64,000 bases of DNA from Patescibacteria group bacterium (GTDB lineage Bacteria > Patescibacteriota > Microgenomatia > UBA1400 > PJMF01): contig BOKR01000001.1 of the NCBI GenBank assembly GCA_016861085.1, positions 387,271 to 451,270 of the forward strand. Reading direction: 5' to 3'. The notes beneath the pieces were generated by a model. That model saw only the letters and a program-made list of their open reading frames with translations. It was not told where the DNA came from and made no database searches. The position numbers were made by a program, and so were the translations under genes. Shown here piece by piece: positions 9,373 through 19,989 of this stretch (positions are counted from its first letter, which is position 1; each line of letters begins with the position of its first letter).

Positions 9373-10422
9373 GTGTTATTATACAACACGATGCCGAGAA
9401 AAGTTGAAGGTAATCCACAAACTACTCTTTCACGTAGAGAATTCTTAAAACTAAGTGCTGGTTATTTTGGTTTAAAAGTACTTAAAATTTGTTTGACATA
9501 TTCAGGATTAGAAGCGCTCGCTTTTGCTGGAATGTTACTAGAATCTGAACGATTAAGGATAAATCACCATATTTATAGAGATCCAAATTTTCCAAAAGAA
9601 TGGGATGGTGCAATTGTTGTGCACATTTCTGATCTACACATAGGACAAGAGGGTGTGCATGCAGTGTATCCAGAGTATATTAGACTACTTTCTATTAAAA
9701 TTAATGAATATTTAAAGTATATAAATGCAGACCCAAATAAAACTTTTTTGTTTGATACTGGAGATTCGGTGATTGTTAAAAAAGATCACACACCAAGTAG
9801 GATTGAGGATTTTACCGAAGCATTTGGATACTTGCTTGACGTTGTTGCGGGTGTAAAGGTTGCTGTTGAAGGGAACCATGATAAGGCACATCCTGATAGA
9901 AAAGAAATTGAAGAGATGTATGTGAATGCTGGTTATGTATATGGCGGAGATCCAGATCAATCTTGGACTACTCCTAGAATAATCGATGATCCTAGGTTTC
10001 CATTTGCAATTTGTGTTGCACCAGATTTTACGACTCGGAGTGAATCTTGGTATAAAAGTAAAGAAGCCAACTTGTTTTTAGAAGCTTTAGAGAATTTTTC
10101 CCCGCACAGAATGCTCATTTTGTTGACCCACAACCCCTCAATGATTGATTTATGGAAAGGAGGAAAAATTCAGCAAGTACTAGCTAAAAAAAAGTTTATT
10201 ATTCTAGCAGGTCACACTCATGGAGGGCAATTAAATTCACTCAGTCCCGCTCAGTCACTAATTATGAAGATAGGTATGGAAATAAAAAATTATAATTCTC
10301 AATTTATTAATGGGGTATATAAATTCAATAAAAGTATGGTCATGATTAATTCTGGATTGGGTGAGTCTGGTGGTCCACGCACAGAGCCAAGATCTGTTGA
10401 TGTGATTGAATTTAGAAGATAA
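9373..10422 (+). CDS. Tat-signal metallophosphoesterase (calcineurin-like)
   Basis: Twin-arginine motif SRREFLKLSAG. Phosphoesterase motifs DLHIG, GDSV, GNHD, GHTHGGQ. Confidence 0.7.
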   Translation: MLLYNTMPRKVEGNPQTTLSRREFLKLSAGYFGLKVLKICLTYSGLEALAFAGMLLESERLRINHHIYRDPNFPKEWDGAIVVHISDLHIGQEGVHAVYPEYIRLLSIKINEYLKYINADPNKTFLFDTGDSVIVKKDHTPSRIEDFTEAFGYLLDVVAGVKVAVEGNHDKAHPDRKEIEEMYVNAGYVYGGDPDQSWTTPRIIDDPRFPFAICVAPDFTTRSESWYKSKEANLFLEALENFSPHRMLILLTHNPSMIDLWKGGKIQQVLAKKKFIILAGHTHGGQLNSLSPAQSLIMKIGMEIKNYNSQFINGVYKFNKSMVMINSGLGESGGPRTEPRSVDVIEFRR

Positions 10423-10429
10423 ATAATAA

Positions 10430-10458
10430 AAAAAGAGCTATTTATAGCTCTTTTTTTA
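10430..10458. terminator. Bidirectional intrinsic terminator (AGAGCTA-TTTA-TAGCTCT flanked by A-run and T-run)
   Basis: Perfect 7-bp stem with A7 upstream and T7 downstream. It lies between the phosphoesterase stop and the 3' end of tRNA-Glu. Confidence 0.6.
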
Positions 10459-10463
10459 CTCTG

Positions 10464-10535
10464 TGACCCCACGCGGAATCGAACCGCGCTTACCAGGATG
10501 AAAACCTGATGTCCTAACCGATAGACGATGGGGCC
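10464..10535 (-). tRNA. tRNA-Glu (anticodon TTC)
   Basis: The reverse complement GGCCCCATCGTCTATCGGTTAGGACATCAGGTTTTCATCCTGGTAAGCGCGGTTCGATTCCGCGTGGGGTCA folds as a cloverleaf. The D-arm TCGTCTA..GGTTAGGAC is typical of tRNA-Glu. Anticodon loop TTTTCAT. T-loop GGTTCGATTCC. Confidence 0.85.
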
Positions 10536-10555
10536 GTATGTGTACTTATGTACGT

Positions 10556-10900
10556 TTAGGGCCAACTAATATTTTCAAAGTGCTCTATTTGGGGTTTACT
10601 TTGCGTGTTCCCTAAATAGCATATGGCTATAATATCAAATCTGTAGTCCAGATTGCAATGATATTGTCGCAAATAGTTTCTCGCGACAAGAACCATACTT
10701 CGCAGTTTTTTATTTGAAACTGCCAAGGCTGGAGTTCCAAACAGACTGCTCTTTCTTGTTTTGACTTCAATAAACACGATCTCATTTTTTACTTGATCAA
10801 GTGCAATGATATCAATTTCGTTATTGTTAACTCTACTGTTCCTATCAAGTATTTGAAAGTTATGTTGTTGTAAATACTCGCAGGCAATAGTTTCGCCTCT
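10556..10900 (-). CDS. yraN: YraN/UPF0102 family putative endonuclease (start uncertain, probably non-ATG)
   Basis: Motif GETIACEYL...NEIDIIALDQVKNEIVFIEVKTRK matches UPF0102 (GE.DLIA..G..LVFVEVKTR). Usual position next to rplS. The ORF as drawn (to 11086) would overlap rplS by 170 nt. Confidence 0.5.
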   Translation of the reverse strand, partial: RGETIACEYLQQHNFQILDRNSRVNNNEIDIIALDQVKNEIVFIEVKTRKSSLFGTPALAVSNKKLRSMVLVARNYLRQYHCNLDYRFDIIAICYLGNTQSKPQIEHFENISWP

Positions 10901-10916
10901 TAAACCTAAAGAAAAA

Positions 10917-11270
10917 TTATTCAGCTTTTTTTGTTGTGCTGTTAGTATCTTTTTCTTTAATTCGAGTTGCAGATTTTCCAAGTCTTTCACGCAAGAAGTA
11001 TAACTTAGATTTTCTGACACTACCCTTACGTCTGACTTCAATATCTTTGATTTGTGGCATGTTAATTGGGTAGATTTTTTCGACACCTACTCCACCAGCA
11101 CCAACTTTTCGAACGGTAAATGATTTGCCGTTGTCTCTGTTTTTAACAGCAATAACTAAACCTTCAAAAATCTGAATTCTAGTTTTATCACCTTCAGTAA
11201 TTTCTTGGTGAACTCTTACAGTATCACCTACCGCAATTGTTTGGTCTTTGTATTCTAAATATTGTGCCAT
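10917..11270 (-). CDS. rplS: 50S ribosomal protein L19
   Basis: [32 protein letters not shown]...GVGVEKI(F/Y)P..(S/M)P.I..IEV.R.G.VR.(A/S)KLY(Y/F)LR.R is a signature L19 sequence. Start at MAQYL. Candidate promoter TTGCAA-17-TAAAAT at about 11318-11346. Confidence 0.85.
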   Translation of the reverse strand: MAQYLEYKDQTIAVGDTVRVHQEITEGDKTRIQIFEGLVIAVKNRDNGKSFTVRKVGAGGVGVEKIYPINMPQIKDIEVRRKGSVRKSKLYFLRERLGKSATRIKEKDTNSTTKKAE

Positions 11271-11374
11271 GATTGTTTTCCTTTGTATTATTGTCAAGCT
11301 CTCTTACAAGGCTTCTTATTTTACTCGATATAAGCAAATTTTGCAATTAGGTGATTATTTGGATTTCAGCGTTA

Positions 11375-13081
11375 TTATTTTTCTGATTGATCAATAACTG
11401 CATGTAAGTATTCCACAAAAATTGGATGTGGGTTGAGTGGCATTGATTTGTATTCTGGATGAGCTTGTGTTGCCAAGAAAAATGGGTGCTTATCTTGAGG
11501 TAACTCTATCATTTCAACAAAAAAATCGTCAGGAGAAGTGCCCGAAATAACAAATCCAGCATCTTCTAATGGTTTTCTATATTCATTGTTAAATTCATAT
11601 CGATGACGATGTCGTTCTGAAATCAAATTTTTTCGTTCATCCTTGAAGGCATGGTGTTTTTTATAAATTTTATGTGCGAGTGTGCCTGGCTTGAGGATAC
11701 AATCATATGCACCAAGTCGCATACTCGCTCCTTGACCTTTGATCGTTTGGTATTTCTCTTCAAATGGAATGTCATGAATGATTGGATATGGGGTTTCTGG
11801 ATTAACTTCAACTGTGTGCGCACCCTTAAGTCCAACAACGTTTCGGGCAAACTCAACAGAAGCTAGTTGCATGCCATAACAAAGTCCCAAATATGGGATT
11901 TTATTTTCACGCGCGTAGGTAATAGCTGTAATTTTGCCCTCGACACCTCTTTCACCCCAGCCAATTGGGACAATAATCCCATCTGCAGATTGCATCATTT
12001 TAAGGGCATTTTTTTCTTTTTTTTCAACGTCTGTTGCTTTCACGAACAAAAGCTCCATATTTGCGTCAGTATGAAGGGCTGCAAATTTGAGAGATTCAAT
12101 GAGAGAAACATACGAATCAGTTAATTCATAATCACCAGTTGAGAGATATTTGGCAATAATAGCAATCTTTACTGAATGTTTTTTGTCTGACTTCAGTTTT
12201 TTTATAAAATCGTTCCACTCAGTGAGATCTTGTTTTCTTTCTGGCAAGTGCAATTTGCGTAATACTTTCCCGTCAAAATCTTGTTCAGCTAAGATTGGTG
12301 GGACTTCATAGACGCTGTCGCAATCAGGATTGCTGATAACATCTTCTTTGCTCATGTTGCAAAAGAAGGCTACTTTTTCTTTTCGTTTGTCATCAATTGG
12401 AAGTTCACCTCTTCCCACTATAAAGTCAGGCTGAATTCCCATGGAATTGAGTGTTGTTACAGAGAGTTGGGTTGGTTTTGATTTCAATTCATTAATGTGA
12501 GAGGGATTTGGAAAATAGGTTACATGAATATGCAGGGTATCTTCTGGATTCTGCAGTTTCATAATACGGTATGCCTCGTAATAGATGACATTTTGATACT
12601 CACCAGCTGTACCTCCAAGTTCGACCAAACAAATATCATAGCCTTGGCCTGCTGCTCTGATTCTTCTCATCGCTTCTTGAGGAATATAGAGCCATGCATC
12701 AACCGTTGCACCACCATACGCAAGATTTTTTGTATTTTCAATCACAGTTGAATAAATCTGGCCAAGTGTGGCAAAATTTTTGTGACCAACTTGTTCGCCC
12801 AAGAAACGCTCATATGAACCCAAGTCTAAATCGGCTTCAAGACCGTCTTCACATAAAAAAACATCACCATGTTCAACGGGATTAATATTCCCTGAATCTA
12901 TGTTAAGATAATTTTCACACTTGATGTTAGTTACACTATACCCTCTGTTTTTAAGTAACAATCCAAGTGATGCGGCAGTAATTCCTTTTCCGAGCCCAGA
13001 AAGGACTCCTCCAGAGACAAAAACGAACTTTGTGTTATGGGAATTCTTGATTTTGTTGATTAATTTTCCATGAAGGCTCAT
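11375..13081 (-). CDS. pyrG: CTP synthase
   Basis: N-terminal KFVFVSGGVLSGLGKGITAASLG (ATP/UTP-binding synthase domain). C-terminal GATase GLCYGMQ with catalytic Cys and His/Glu region. Confidence 0.95.
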   Translation of the reverse strand: MSLHGKLINKIKNSHNTKFVFVSGGVLSGLGKGITAASLGLLLKNRGYSVTNIKCENYLNIDSGNINPVEHGDVFLCEDGLEADLDLGSYERFLGEQVGHKNFATLGQIYSTVIENTKNLAYGGATVDAWLYIPQEAMRRIRAAGQGYDICLVELGGTAGEYQNVIYYEAYRIMKLQNPEDTLHIHVTYFPNPSHINELKSKPTQLSVTTLNSMGIQPDFIVGRGELPIDDKRKEKVAFFCNMSKEDVISNPDCDSVYEVPPILAEQDFDGKVLRKLHLPERKQDLTEWNDFIKKLKSDKKHSVKIAIIAKYLSTGDYELTDSYVSLIESLKFAALHTDANMELLFVKATDVEKKEKNALKMMQSADGIIVPIGWGERGVEGKITAITYARENKIPYLGLCYGMQLASVEFARNVVGLKGAHTVEVNPETPYPIIHDIPFEEKYQTIKGQGASMRLGAYDCILKPGTLAHKIYKKHHAFKDERKNLISERHRHRYEFNNEYRKPLEDAGFVISGTSPDDFFVEMIELPQDKHPFFLATQAHPEYKSMPLNPHPIFVEYLHAVIDQSEK

Positions 13082-13139
13082 GGAATTGTATTATACCAAC
13101 ATTTTTTTTGAATGCAAAGCGCAACTACTGCGTAGCTTA

Positions 13140-13679
13140 CTATAGCATTCCTGGCAACTTATAGAAGAGCTCTGGTTGTAGTATGAGGAGTTGAGCGATA
13201 GTAATCTGTCCAGAAAAGAAGGCAGCTTTGATGTTTTCGGGGATAGAGATCAGAACAGTTTGAGCTTCTTTACCTGCAACAATTTGTGCATGCATTACTA
13301 TTTGTTCTTTAAACCAGAATTGACAGTCAGTTTGCAATTTTCGTTTACTATTAATATCCGGATTTGATTGGCTCATTTTTGAAAGAAGTGATTTTGAGTC
13401 TCTTAGTTTTCTTGGTAACTGGATAGCAAGGGAATGTTCAAAGAATAAGATGCGAGCTTGGGCAACTGTTTGTAGAGTTGCCTTTTCTTTCCACAACGGC
13501 TCAAGCACAGAAGGAAGATCTCCAACAGATTTTTTTACTCGTTCCAAAATATTTTTTTCAAGGTTGAGTGAGCTTAATTCAATGCTAATACGTTCCCAGA
13601 GGTAATTAAAGTTTGGTGTAAAGACTGCCTCTTGAGGAAATTGAGATTTTATTTCTTTTGCTGTTAATCTTTTTTTCAT
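13140..13679 (-). CDS. Hypothetical protein (179 aa)
   Basis: Intact ORF between dnaE and pyrG. No motif recognised. Confidence 0.45.
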   Translation of the reverse strand: MKKRLTAKEIKSQFPQEAVFTPNFNYLWERISIELSSLNLEKNILERVKKSVGDLPSVLEPLWKEKATLQTVAQARILFFEHSLAIQLPRKLRDSKSLLSKMSQSNPDINSKRKLQTDCQFWFKEQIVMHAQIVAGKEAQTVLISIPENIKAAFFSGQITIAQLLILQPELFYKLPGML

Positions 13680-13705
13680 GGTTATAGATTTTTCATCAAT
13701 GAATA

Positions 13706-16700
13706 CTATTCTAATAATTTTGAGATCTTCTTCTCAAGTTCTTTGGTCCAGTTTACCCCATACGGAAGCAACATTTTTTGTGGTTTAGATCCATTGGGAA
13801 TAAGAATTAACACACTTTGTGATCCTGGATGTGATTTTAGTAGTTTACCAAGTTCTTGAAGCGTTTCTTGAGTAGTTTTTCTTGGAACAAAAATTTCCTT
13901 GTGTAGGTCAGATCCTTCGTGATTGAGTTGTGTGGCAGAAGGAGCACTAACTTTTTCAACCAAAAGTTGCATTTCTTCATCGCGTTCGTCTACTTTTGCC
14001 CGTACTAAAACAACGCTATCATTATGAATTAGTTCTTGAGCATCTTCAAATACTTTGGGAAAAATAACAATATCAATCGCACCAGTGTCATCTTCTAACT
14101 TGGCAAATGCCATTGGTTGTTGTTTCTGTTTTGTTAAAATTGTACGGACATTACTTAAAATCCCGCCAAACTTGAAAATTTTATCTTTATGAACTGTGGC
14201 ATCTAGATCGCCGATTTCTTTATCAGCATTTTTTGCAACAGCTTTGAGTTGATGAGCCATTGGATGGTCAGTTAAATATAATCCAAGCAGTTCTTTTTCA
14301 AATGAAAGTAATTCTTGCTGTGGATATTCTGGTAGTTCAGGGAAAGAATCTTTGAGCATGTCATCGTTTGAAGTTTGCGCACCAAACAAAGAGTCTTGTC
14401 CTTCTACTTCTGATTGTAATTGTCCGGCTGTTTGACGAATAGACTCCAAATTCTCAAGCATACTAGCTCGGTTCCCAAACTGATCCATAACACCAACCTT
14501 TATCAAGGTTTCTAGAGTTGTTTTGTTTACTTTTCTGCTATCTGTTTTATGAATAAACTGAGTTAAGGAATTAAATTGTTTTACACTATTTCTAGTTTCC
14601 AAAATATTTTCGATAGCTTTAGTGCCTATATGTTTTATTGCGTTAAATCCAAATCTAATTGCAAGACCTTGCAGTGAATGTTCATCTTTCTCAATTTTAA
14701 AGTCGTCATCAGACTTATTGATGTTTGGAGGATAGATTTTTATACCCATTTTTTTAGAGGTTTCTATAGCCTGAGCAATTTTAATGTCACGATTCATTGA
14801 ATGTGAAGCAGACTCGACACTCATGAGTGCTGCCATATATTCAACCGGATAGTTGGCTTTAAGATATGCAGTTTGGTAGGCAATCATGGCATAACTAGCT
14901 GCATGAGCTTTGTTGAAGCCATAATTTGCAAATGCTTCTATAAAACCCCACACTTTGGATGCAACCTCTTTTTTGTACCCTTTAGACACAGACTGGTCAA
15001 TGAACCGTTTTTTATTTTCGTCCAAAAGTTTCTTCTTCTTTTTACCGATAGCTCTGCGCAAAATGTCTGCTTCACCTAAACTATACCCAGCCATAACGTT
15101 AGCAATTTGCAAAATCTGCTCTTGGTACACCATGACACCATAGGTTTCTTCAAGCACTGGTTTGAGTGATTCATCAGGATACTGGATCGATTTTGGATCG
15201 TGCTTGCCTTCAATAAAGGTTGGAATAAGATCCATAGGACCCGGACGATATAAAGCAACCATAGCAGTAATATCAGAAAATAAGTTGGGTTTCAGTGTCC
15301 GAGCCACGCGTCTCATACCGGCAGACTCAAGTTGAAACACCCCAAAGGTGTCACCACTTGATAGCAATTCAAAGGTTTTTTTGTCATCAAGTGGCAATGT
15401 TTCCATGTCAACGACTACATTTTTATTTTCCTTAATCAGTCGTAGCGCTGTGTTGATGATAGAGAGATTTCTTAAGCCCAGAAAATCAAATTTTAAAAGT
15501 CCAATTGCGTCATCATCAACATTACAGTCAAGCGCATACATATCAAACTGTGTGATGGTTTTTCCTGATTTACTATCTTTTTGAATAGCACAGTAGTCTG
15601 GAATTGGTCTATCAGTAATGATGACTGCAGCAGCATGGACAGATGAATGGCGAATGCTGCCTTCAACTTTCATCGCCAGATCAATCAGTTTTTTGAATTT
15701 TGGTTGTTTGTAGTACTCTGCTAATTCTGGTACTTGCTCAATTGCTTGTTTGAGTGACGTTTTTTTACCGGGGTCATTGGGAATTAATTTAGCAATTTTG
15801 TCCGGATCCTCATAGGGATATCCTAAGACACGTCCAATATCACGAATTGCAACGCGAGCTTCCATTTTTCCAAAGGTAATTACGTGAGCCACGTGATCAC
15901 TCCCGTACTTCTCGGAAACATATTTAATAACACGATCACGTTTAATATCTGCGAAGTCTAAATCAATATCAGGAGGCGTGGGTCGTTGTGGGTTTAAAAA
16001 ACGCTCAAAGGCAAGACCATGTTGTAACGGATCAATGGTTGTAATACCAATGCTATAAGAAACAAGTGACCCAGCTGCAGATCCTCTTCCGGGACCAACA
16101 GTGATATCGTGTGCTTTGGCCCAGTTTACAAAATCTTGCGTGATCAAAAAGTACGCAGAGTATCCTTTGTCACTAATAATTTTGAGTTCGTATTCCAATC
16201 TTTCAGAAATTTCATTAGTGATTTTGCCAAATTTCTTTTCAGCACCAGCATACGCCATTTTTTTGAGCAAAGAATCCAAGGTTTCCCCTTTTGGAACGGG
16301 ATATTCAGGAAAGATAAGTTGACCAGTTGGGATGATTACATCACATATATCAGCAATTTTGACTGTGTTTTCGATAGCATCAGGATAGTCCTTGAAAAGT
16401 TCTATCATTTCTTCACTAGATCTTAAGTAAAAGTCAGGTGATTCCATCATACTCATGCGTTTTTTGTCTGAGATAAGATGTCGGGTCTGTACGCACAGCA
16501 ACGCATCTTGGGCAACTGCATCATCAGGGTGAACGTAATGGACGTCATTTGTAGCAACAAGTTCAATATCTAATTTTCTGGCAAGAGCTACCTGTTTTTT
16601 AGTAAGCTGTGTGAGTTCTGAAATTGCTGGATGTACTTGAATTTCAATGTAAAAATCTTTGCCAAATTGTTTTTTGTATTTTGCGAATAATTTTTCTGCT

Positions 16701-17194
16701 TCTGTCTCCTTCCCCTCACGAAGTAACCTATTAAACTGGCTGTTCATACACCCACTTGTAACAATAAGATCTTCTTTATATTGGAAAAGGGTTTCTTCAT
16801 CTATGCGTGGTTTGTAAGAGAATCCTTCAAAATTTCCAATGGTGACTAACTTATTAATGTTCTGGTAACCATGGTAATTTTTTGCAAGAACAGTGATATG
16901 AAATTGATCTGCTCCCATCTTTGTTTGTTTATCAAGTCGTGAATGTTTTGCTACATATAGTTCTGCTCCAATAATTGGTTTAATACCTGCTTTTCTACAA
17001 GCATTATAAAAATGAAGCACTCCATACATAGCCCCATGGTCGGTAATAGCTAAGGCATGTTGACCGTGATCTCGGGCAGTTTTCATTAAATCTGGAAGTT
17101 TGCTCAATCCATCTAATAATGAGTATTCGGTATGAACATGCAAATGAACAAATTTACCTTTTGGAACTGGTGGTTGTTGAACGGAATCTGCCAT
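13706..17194 (-). CDS. dnaE: DNA polymerase III alpha subunit
   Basis: N-terminal PHP domain FVHLHVHTEYSLLDG, polymerase core and C-terminal OB fold. 1162 aa. Confidence 0.95.
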   Translation of the reverse strand: MADSVQQPPVPKGKFVHLHVHTEYSLLDGLSKLPDLMKTARDHGQHALAITDHGAMYGVLHFYNACRKAGIKPIIGAELYVAKHSRLDKQTKMGADQFHITVLAKNYHGYQNINKLVTIGNFEGFSYKPRIDEETLFQYKEDLIVTSGCMNSQFNRLLREGKETEAEKLFAKYKKQFGKDFYIEIQVHPAISELTQLTKKQVALARKLDIELVATNDVHYVHPDDAVAQDALLCVQTRHLISDKKRMSMMESPDFYLRSSEEMIELFKDYPDAIENTVKIADICDVIIPTGQLIFPEYPVPKGETLDSLLKKMAYAGAEKKFGKITNEISERLEYELKIISDKGYSAYFLITQDFVNWAKAHDITVGPGRGSAAGSLVSYSIGITTIDPLQHGLAFERFLNPQRPTPPDIDLDFADIKRDRVIKYVSEKYGSDHVAHVITFGKMEARVAIRDIGRVLGYPYEDPDKIAKLIPNDPGKKTSLKQAIEQVPELAEYYKQPKFKKLIDLAMKVEGSIRHSSVHAAAVIITDRPIPDYCAIQKDSKSGKTITQFDMYALDCNVDDDAIGLLKFDFLGLRNLSIINTALRLIKENKNVVVDMETLPLDDKKTFELLSSGDTFGVFQLESAGMRRVARTLKPNLFSDITAMVALYRPGPMDLIPTFIEGKHDPKSIQYPDESLKPVLEETYGVMVYQEQILQIANVMAGYSLGEADILRRAIGKKKKKLLDENKKRFIDQSVSKGYKKEVASKVWGFIEAFANYGFNKAHAASYAMIAYQTAYLKANYPVEYMAALMSVESASHSMNRDIKIAQAIETSKKMGIKIYPPNINKSDDDFKIEKDEHSLQGLAIRFGFNAIKHIGTKAIENILETRNSVKQFNSLTQFIHKTDSRKVNKTTLETLIKVGVMDQFGNRASMLENLESIRQTAGQLQSEVEGQDSLFGAQTSNDDMLKDSFPELPEYPQQELLSFEKELLGLYLTDHPMAHQLKAVAKNADKEIGDLDATVHKDKIFKFGGILSNVRTILTKQKQQPMAFAKLEDDTGAIDIVIFPKVFEDAQELIHNDSVVLVRAKVDERDEEMQLLVEKVSAPSATQLNHEGSDLHKEIFVPRKTTQETLQELGKLLKSHPGSQSVLILIPNGSKPQKMLLPYGVNWTKELEKKISKLLE

Positions 17195-17248
17195 ATCTAG
17201 TAGTTATGGTAGCATATTTTGTCTAGTCCAGAAGAAGCGGTTTAGAAA

Positions 17249-18592
17249 CTATTTTTCTAATTCTTGTTGTAACAGCTTAGTTAGTTCTTTGGTATCAATT
17301 TTCTTTCCAATTGCTCGCAGCGTCTGACCCATAAAAAATCCAACAACTTGTTTTTGTCCTGCTTTGTATTTTGCAACTGCATCTGGGTTTGCTTCCATGA
17401 TCGAGTTAATAACTGAAAGAATTTCAGATTCTGGGACTGTGTCTGTTGCAAATAACTCTGAAAATTTTTGTACCAACTTTTCTACAGTTTTTTCAAAGGC
17501 TAGTTTTTTGTTTGCTAACACATTTGCTAGTTTATTTGGTTCTTGGTTGTTTTTTTGTAGTGTTGTAAATGCTTCTTCCAAAAGTTGCGCAGTTTGAGTT
17601 GAATCAATTAATAAATTAGAATATCTTGGTTCGACAGCAAATTCTTTTTCCCATCGGGAGATTTTTTCAATAATTAATTCTGGCAACTCATTTCTCATGG
17701 CATCAATTTGTTTTTGTGTAAAAGTAATCGGTGGCAAGTCTGGGTCCGGAAAATATCGGTAATCTTCGGCATCCTCTTTTGTTCTTTGGGAAAATGTAGA
17801 GATCTTTACCGAGTCAAAGCCTCTTGTTTCTTGGACTGGGGTTTTTCCATCATCAAGAATCTTTGCTTGACGGTCCATTTCATAGGTTATTGCTTGTTCT
17901 GCAAACCTGAAAGAATTGATATTTTTGACTTCAACTTTATAGTTTGGCAATTTTTGGGCAGATTTTTCAGCTAGCGAAATATTTGCTTCTAAACGCATAC
18001 CACCTTGATCCATGTCGCAGTCTGCAACCTCCAAATATCGCAATAAGTCGCGAATTTTTTTGGCATATTCTTTTGCTTGCTCAGGAGAATGAATATCTGG
18101 TTCAGAAACAATTTCCATCAGTGGAACACTACTGCGATTATAGTCAATTAAACTGACTTTTTTACCATTTATAGTAGTATGCTGTAGTTTTCCTGTGTCT
18201 TCTTCTAAATGAATGCGAGTGATCCTTACGGGACCATAAGAAGTCTCAACTACTCCGTCATAACAAAACGGCAAATCATACTGACTAATCTGATATGCTT
18301 TTGCCAAATCTGGATAAAAATAGTTTTTTCTATCAAACTTGGAGAAAAGATTTATTTTACAACCTAGGGCCAAACCAACTTTAATTGTCCATTCAATAGC
18401 TGTCTTGTTTGCAACTGGTAATCCACCTGGCATGCCAAGACAAACAGGACAAGTGTAGATATTTGGTTGTTTGGCACCAAATGGATCATTTTTACAGCCA
18501 CAAAACATTTTTGAGTTTGTTTTCAGTTCTGCATGAATTTCCATGCCACAAACTAACTTATAGGTATTTTTTTCTGTTGTTATAGTTTCCAT
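17249..18592 (-). CDS. gatB: Asp-tRNA(Asn)/Glu-tRNA(Gln) amidotransferase subunit B
   Basis: GMEIHAEL...KMFCGC, GatB/YqeY C-terminal domain. Start/stop abut gatA. Confidence 0.95.
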   Translation of the reverse strand: METITTEKNTYKLVCGMEIHAELKTNSKMFCGCKNDPFGAKQPNIYTCPVCLGMPGGLPVANKTAIEWTIKVGLALGCKINLFSKFDRKNYFYPDLAKAYQISQYDLPFCYDGVVETSYGPVRITRIHLEEDTGKLQHTTINGKKVSLIDYNRSSVPLMEIVSEPDIHSPEQAKEYAKKIRDLLRYLEVADCDMDQGGMRLEANISLAEKSAQKLPNYKVEVKNINSFRFAEQAITYEMDRQAKILDDGKTPVQETRGFDSVKISTFSQRTKEDAEDYRYFPDPDLPPITFTQKQIDAMRNELPELIIEKISRWEKEFAVEPRYSNLLIDSTQTAQLLEEAFTTLQKNNQEPNKLANVLANKKLAFEKTVEKLVQKFSELFATDTVPESEILSVINSIMEANPDAVAKYKAGQKQVVGFFMGQTLRAIGKKIDTKELTKLLQQELEK

Positions 18593-18594
18593 GG

Positions 18595-19989
18595 TTATTT
18601 TTTTGCTTTCTCTTTTGTTCTCCAGGTATTCCAGTTGGTTGCTTGCTCATATGCATCGGCAACCTGAATAACTAAATCCTCACGCCACATTGGAGCAATG
18701 ATATTCATACCTAAAAACAGGTTTGTCTTTGGATCTTGATAGCAGGGAATAGAGATTCCAGGCAAACCACTGAGTGAACTTGCTTCTAGCAATAAGTCTT
18801 CGAGTTCTCCAAACATTGCAGCACCTTGTGTGGCGCCAATTTTTTTTGCAAACCCTGGAGAAGTTGGTGCAATCAAGACATCGTATGTTTTGAAAAGTTC
18901 TTCATAGTTTTTGATGTAGAGAGTGCGAACTTTTTGAGCAGTATTGTAGTATTGGTCAGCATACCCCTTAGAGAGTGTGTACGTACCCAACATAATGCGG
19001 CGTTTTGCTTCATCTCCAAAGTGAGAACGATCATTGCCATAACGAATACCATCATACCTGCCAAGATTACTTGAGACTTCACCACGTTGTACTATTGTGT
19101 AGACACTAATTCCATATCGCGGATTCATGGCATCAACAACTGTGACTGTGGCACCAAGTTTTTCAAATACCTTCATTTCTTTTTCGAAAATTTTGGTGAC
19201 GGCTTCCAGTCCTTTGAGATCTTTGTAAATATATCCAATTTTAAGACCTTTTACTCCCTTACCAATATATTGAGTGAAGTCCGGAACTCCATGTGGCCCA
19301 GTAGTGGCGTCATATTTATCTGGTCCGGCAATGTGGTTTAGTAAAATTGCGGCATCTTCTACAGTTTTGGTAATTGGACCAGGGCTATCTGTGGAAGAGG
19401 CCATGGCTACTACTCCGTATCGGCTACAGCGGCCATAGGTTGGTTTGAGTCCTACGACACCACACCACGCTGCAGGCTGTCTGATTGAACCAGCAGTTTC
19501 TGTTCCTAAGGCTGCAATGCACATGTCAGCTGCAACAGCTGCTGCACTACCCCCAGAAGAACCACCTGGCAAGTGATCAATATTTCGTGGGTTTAAGGTC
19601 CTACCATATTGAGAAGTTTCTGTAGATGACCCATGTGCCCATGCGTCCATATTTGTTTTGCCGTACACTACTCCACCAGCTTTTTTGAGTTTTGTAATAA
19701 CTGTTGATTCGAATTGTGGAATAAAGTTGTCCAAAACCGTTGAAGACGCTGTTGTTCGTAGGTTTAGAGTGCAGAAATTATCTTTCACTGCGATTGGAAC
19801 ACCGGCTAGTGGTGTGTCTAAGAGTTCTTCAGCTTGTTTTTCTGGATTCTTTGAGACTGTTAAATAGACGTTTAATTTTTTGTTTTTTCCTTGGACTGAA
19901 TCAGAAACTGCTTGGTAGAGATCCTTGTGAGTTAGCTCTTTATTTTTCAGTTTACTAATGGCTTGTTTCAATGTGAGTGTATTGTGCAT
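18595..19989 (-). CDS. gatA: Glutamyl-tRNA(Gln) amidotransferase subunit A
   Basis: Amidase signature GGSSGGSAAAVAA and catalytic Ser-cisSer-Lys context. Confidence 0.95.
   Translation of the reverse strand: MHNTLTLKQAISKLKNKELTHKDLYQAVSDSVQGKNKKLNVYLTVSKNPEKQAEELLDTPLAGVPIAVKDNFCTLNLRTTASSTVLDNFIPQFESTVITKLKKAGGVVYGKTNMDAWAHGSSTETSQYGRTLNPRNIDHLPGGSSGGSAAAVAADMCIAALGTETAGSIRQPAAWCGVVGLKPTYGRCSRYGVVAMASSTDSPGPITKTVEDAAILLNHIAGPDKYDATTGPHGVPDFTQYIGKGVKGLKIGYIYKDLKGLEAVTKIFEKEMKVFEKLGATVTVVDAMNPRYGISVYTIVQRGEVSSNLGRYDGIRYGNDRSHFGDEAKRRIMLGTYTLSKGYADQYYNTAQKVRTLYIKNYEELFKTYDVLIAPTSPGFAKKIGATQGAAMFGELEDLLLEASSLSGLPGISIPCYQDPKTNLFLGMNIIAPMWREDLVIQVADAYEQATNWNTWRTKEKAKK

Noticed and set aside
10556-11086. 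Taking the full 176-aa ORF as the YraN-family gene
   Set aside because: That would overlap the highly conserved rplS reading frame by about 170 nt. The UPF0102 homology begins only about 60 residues in, so a downstream (probably non-ATG) start is far more likely. The exact start is left uncertain.
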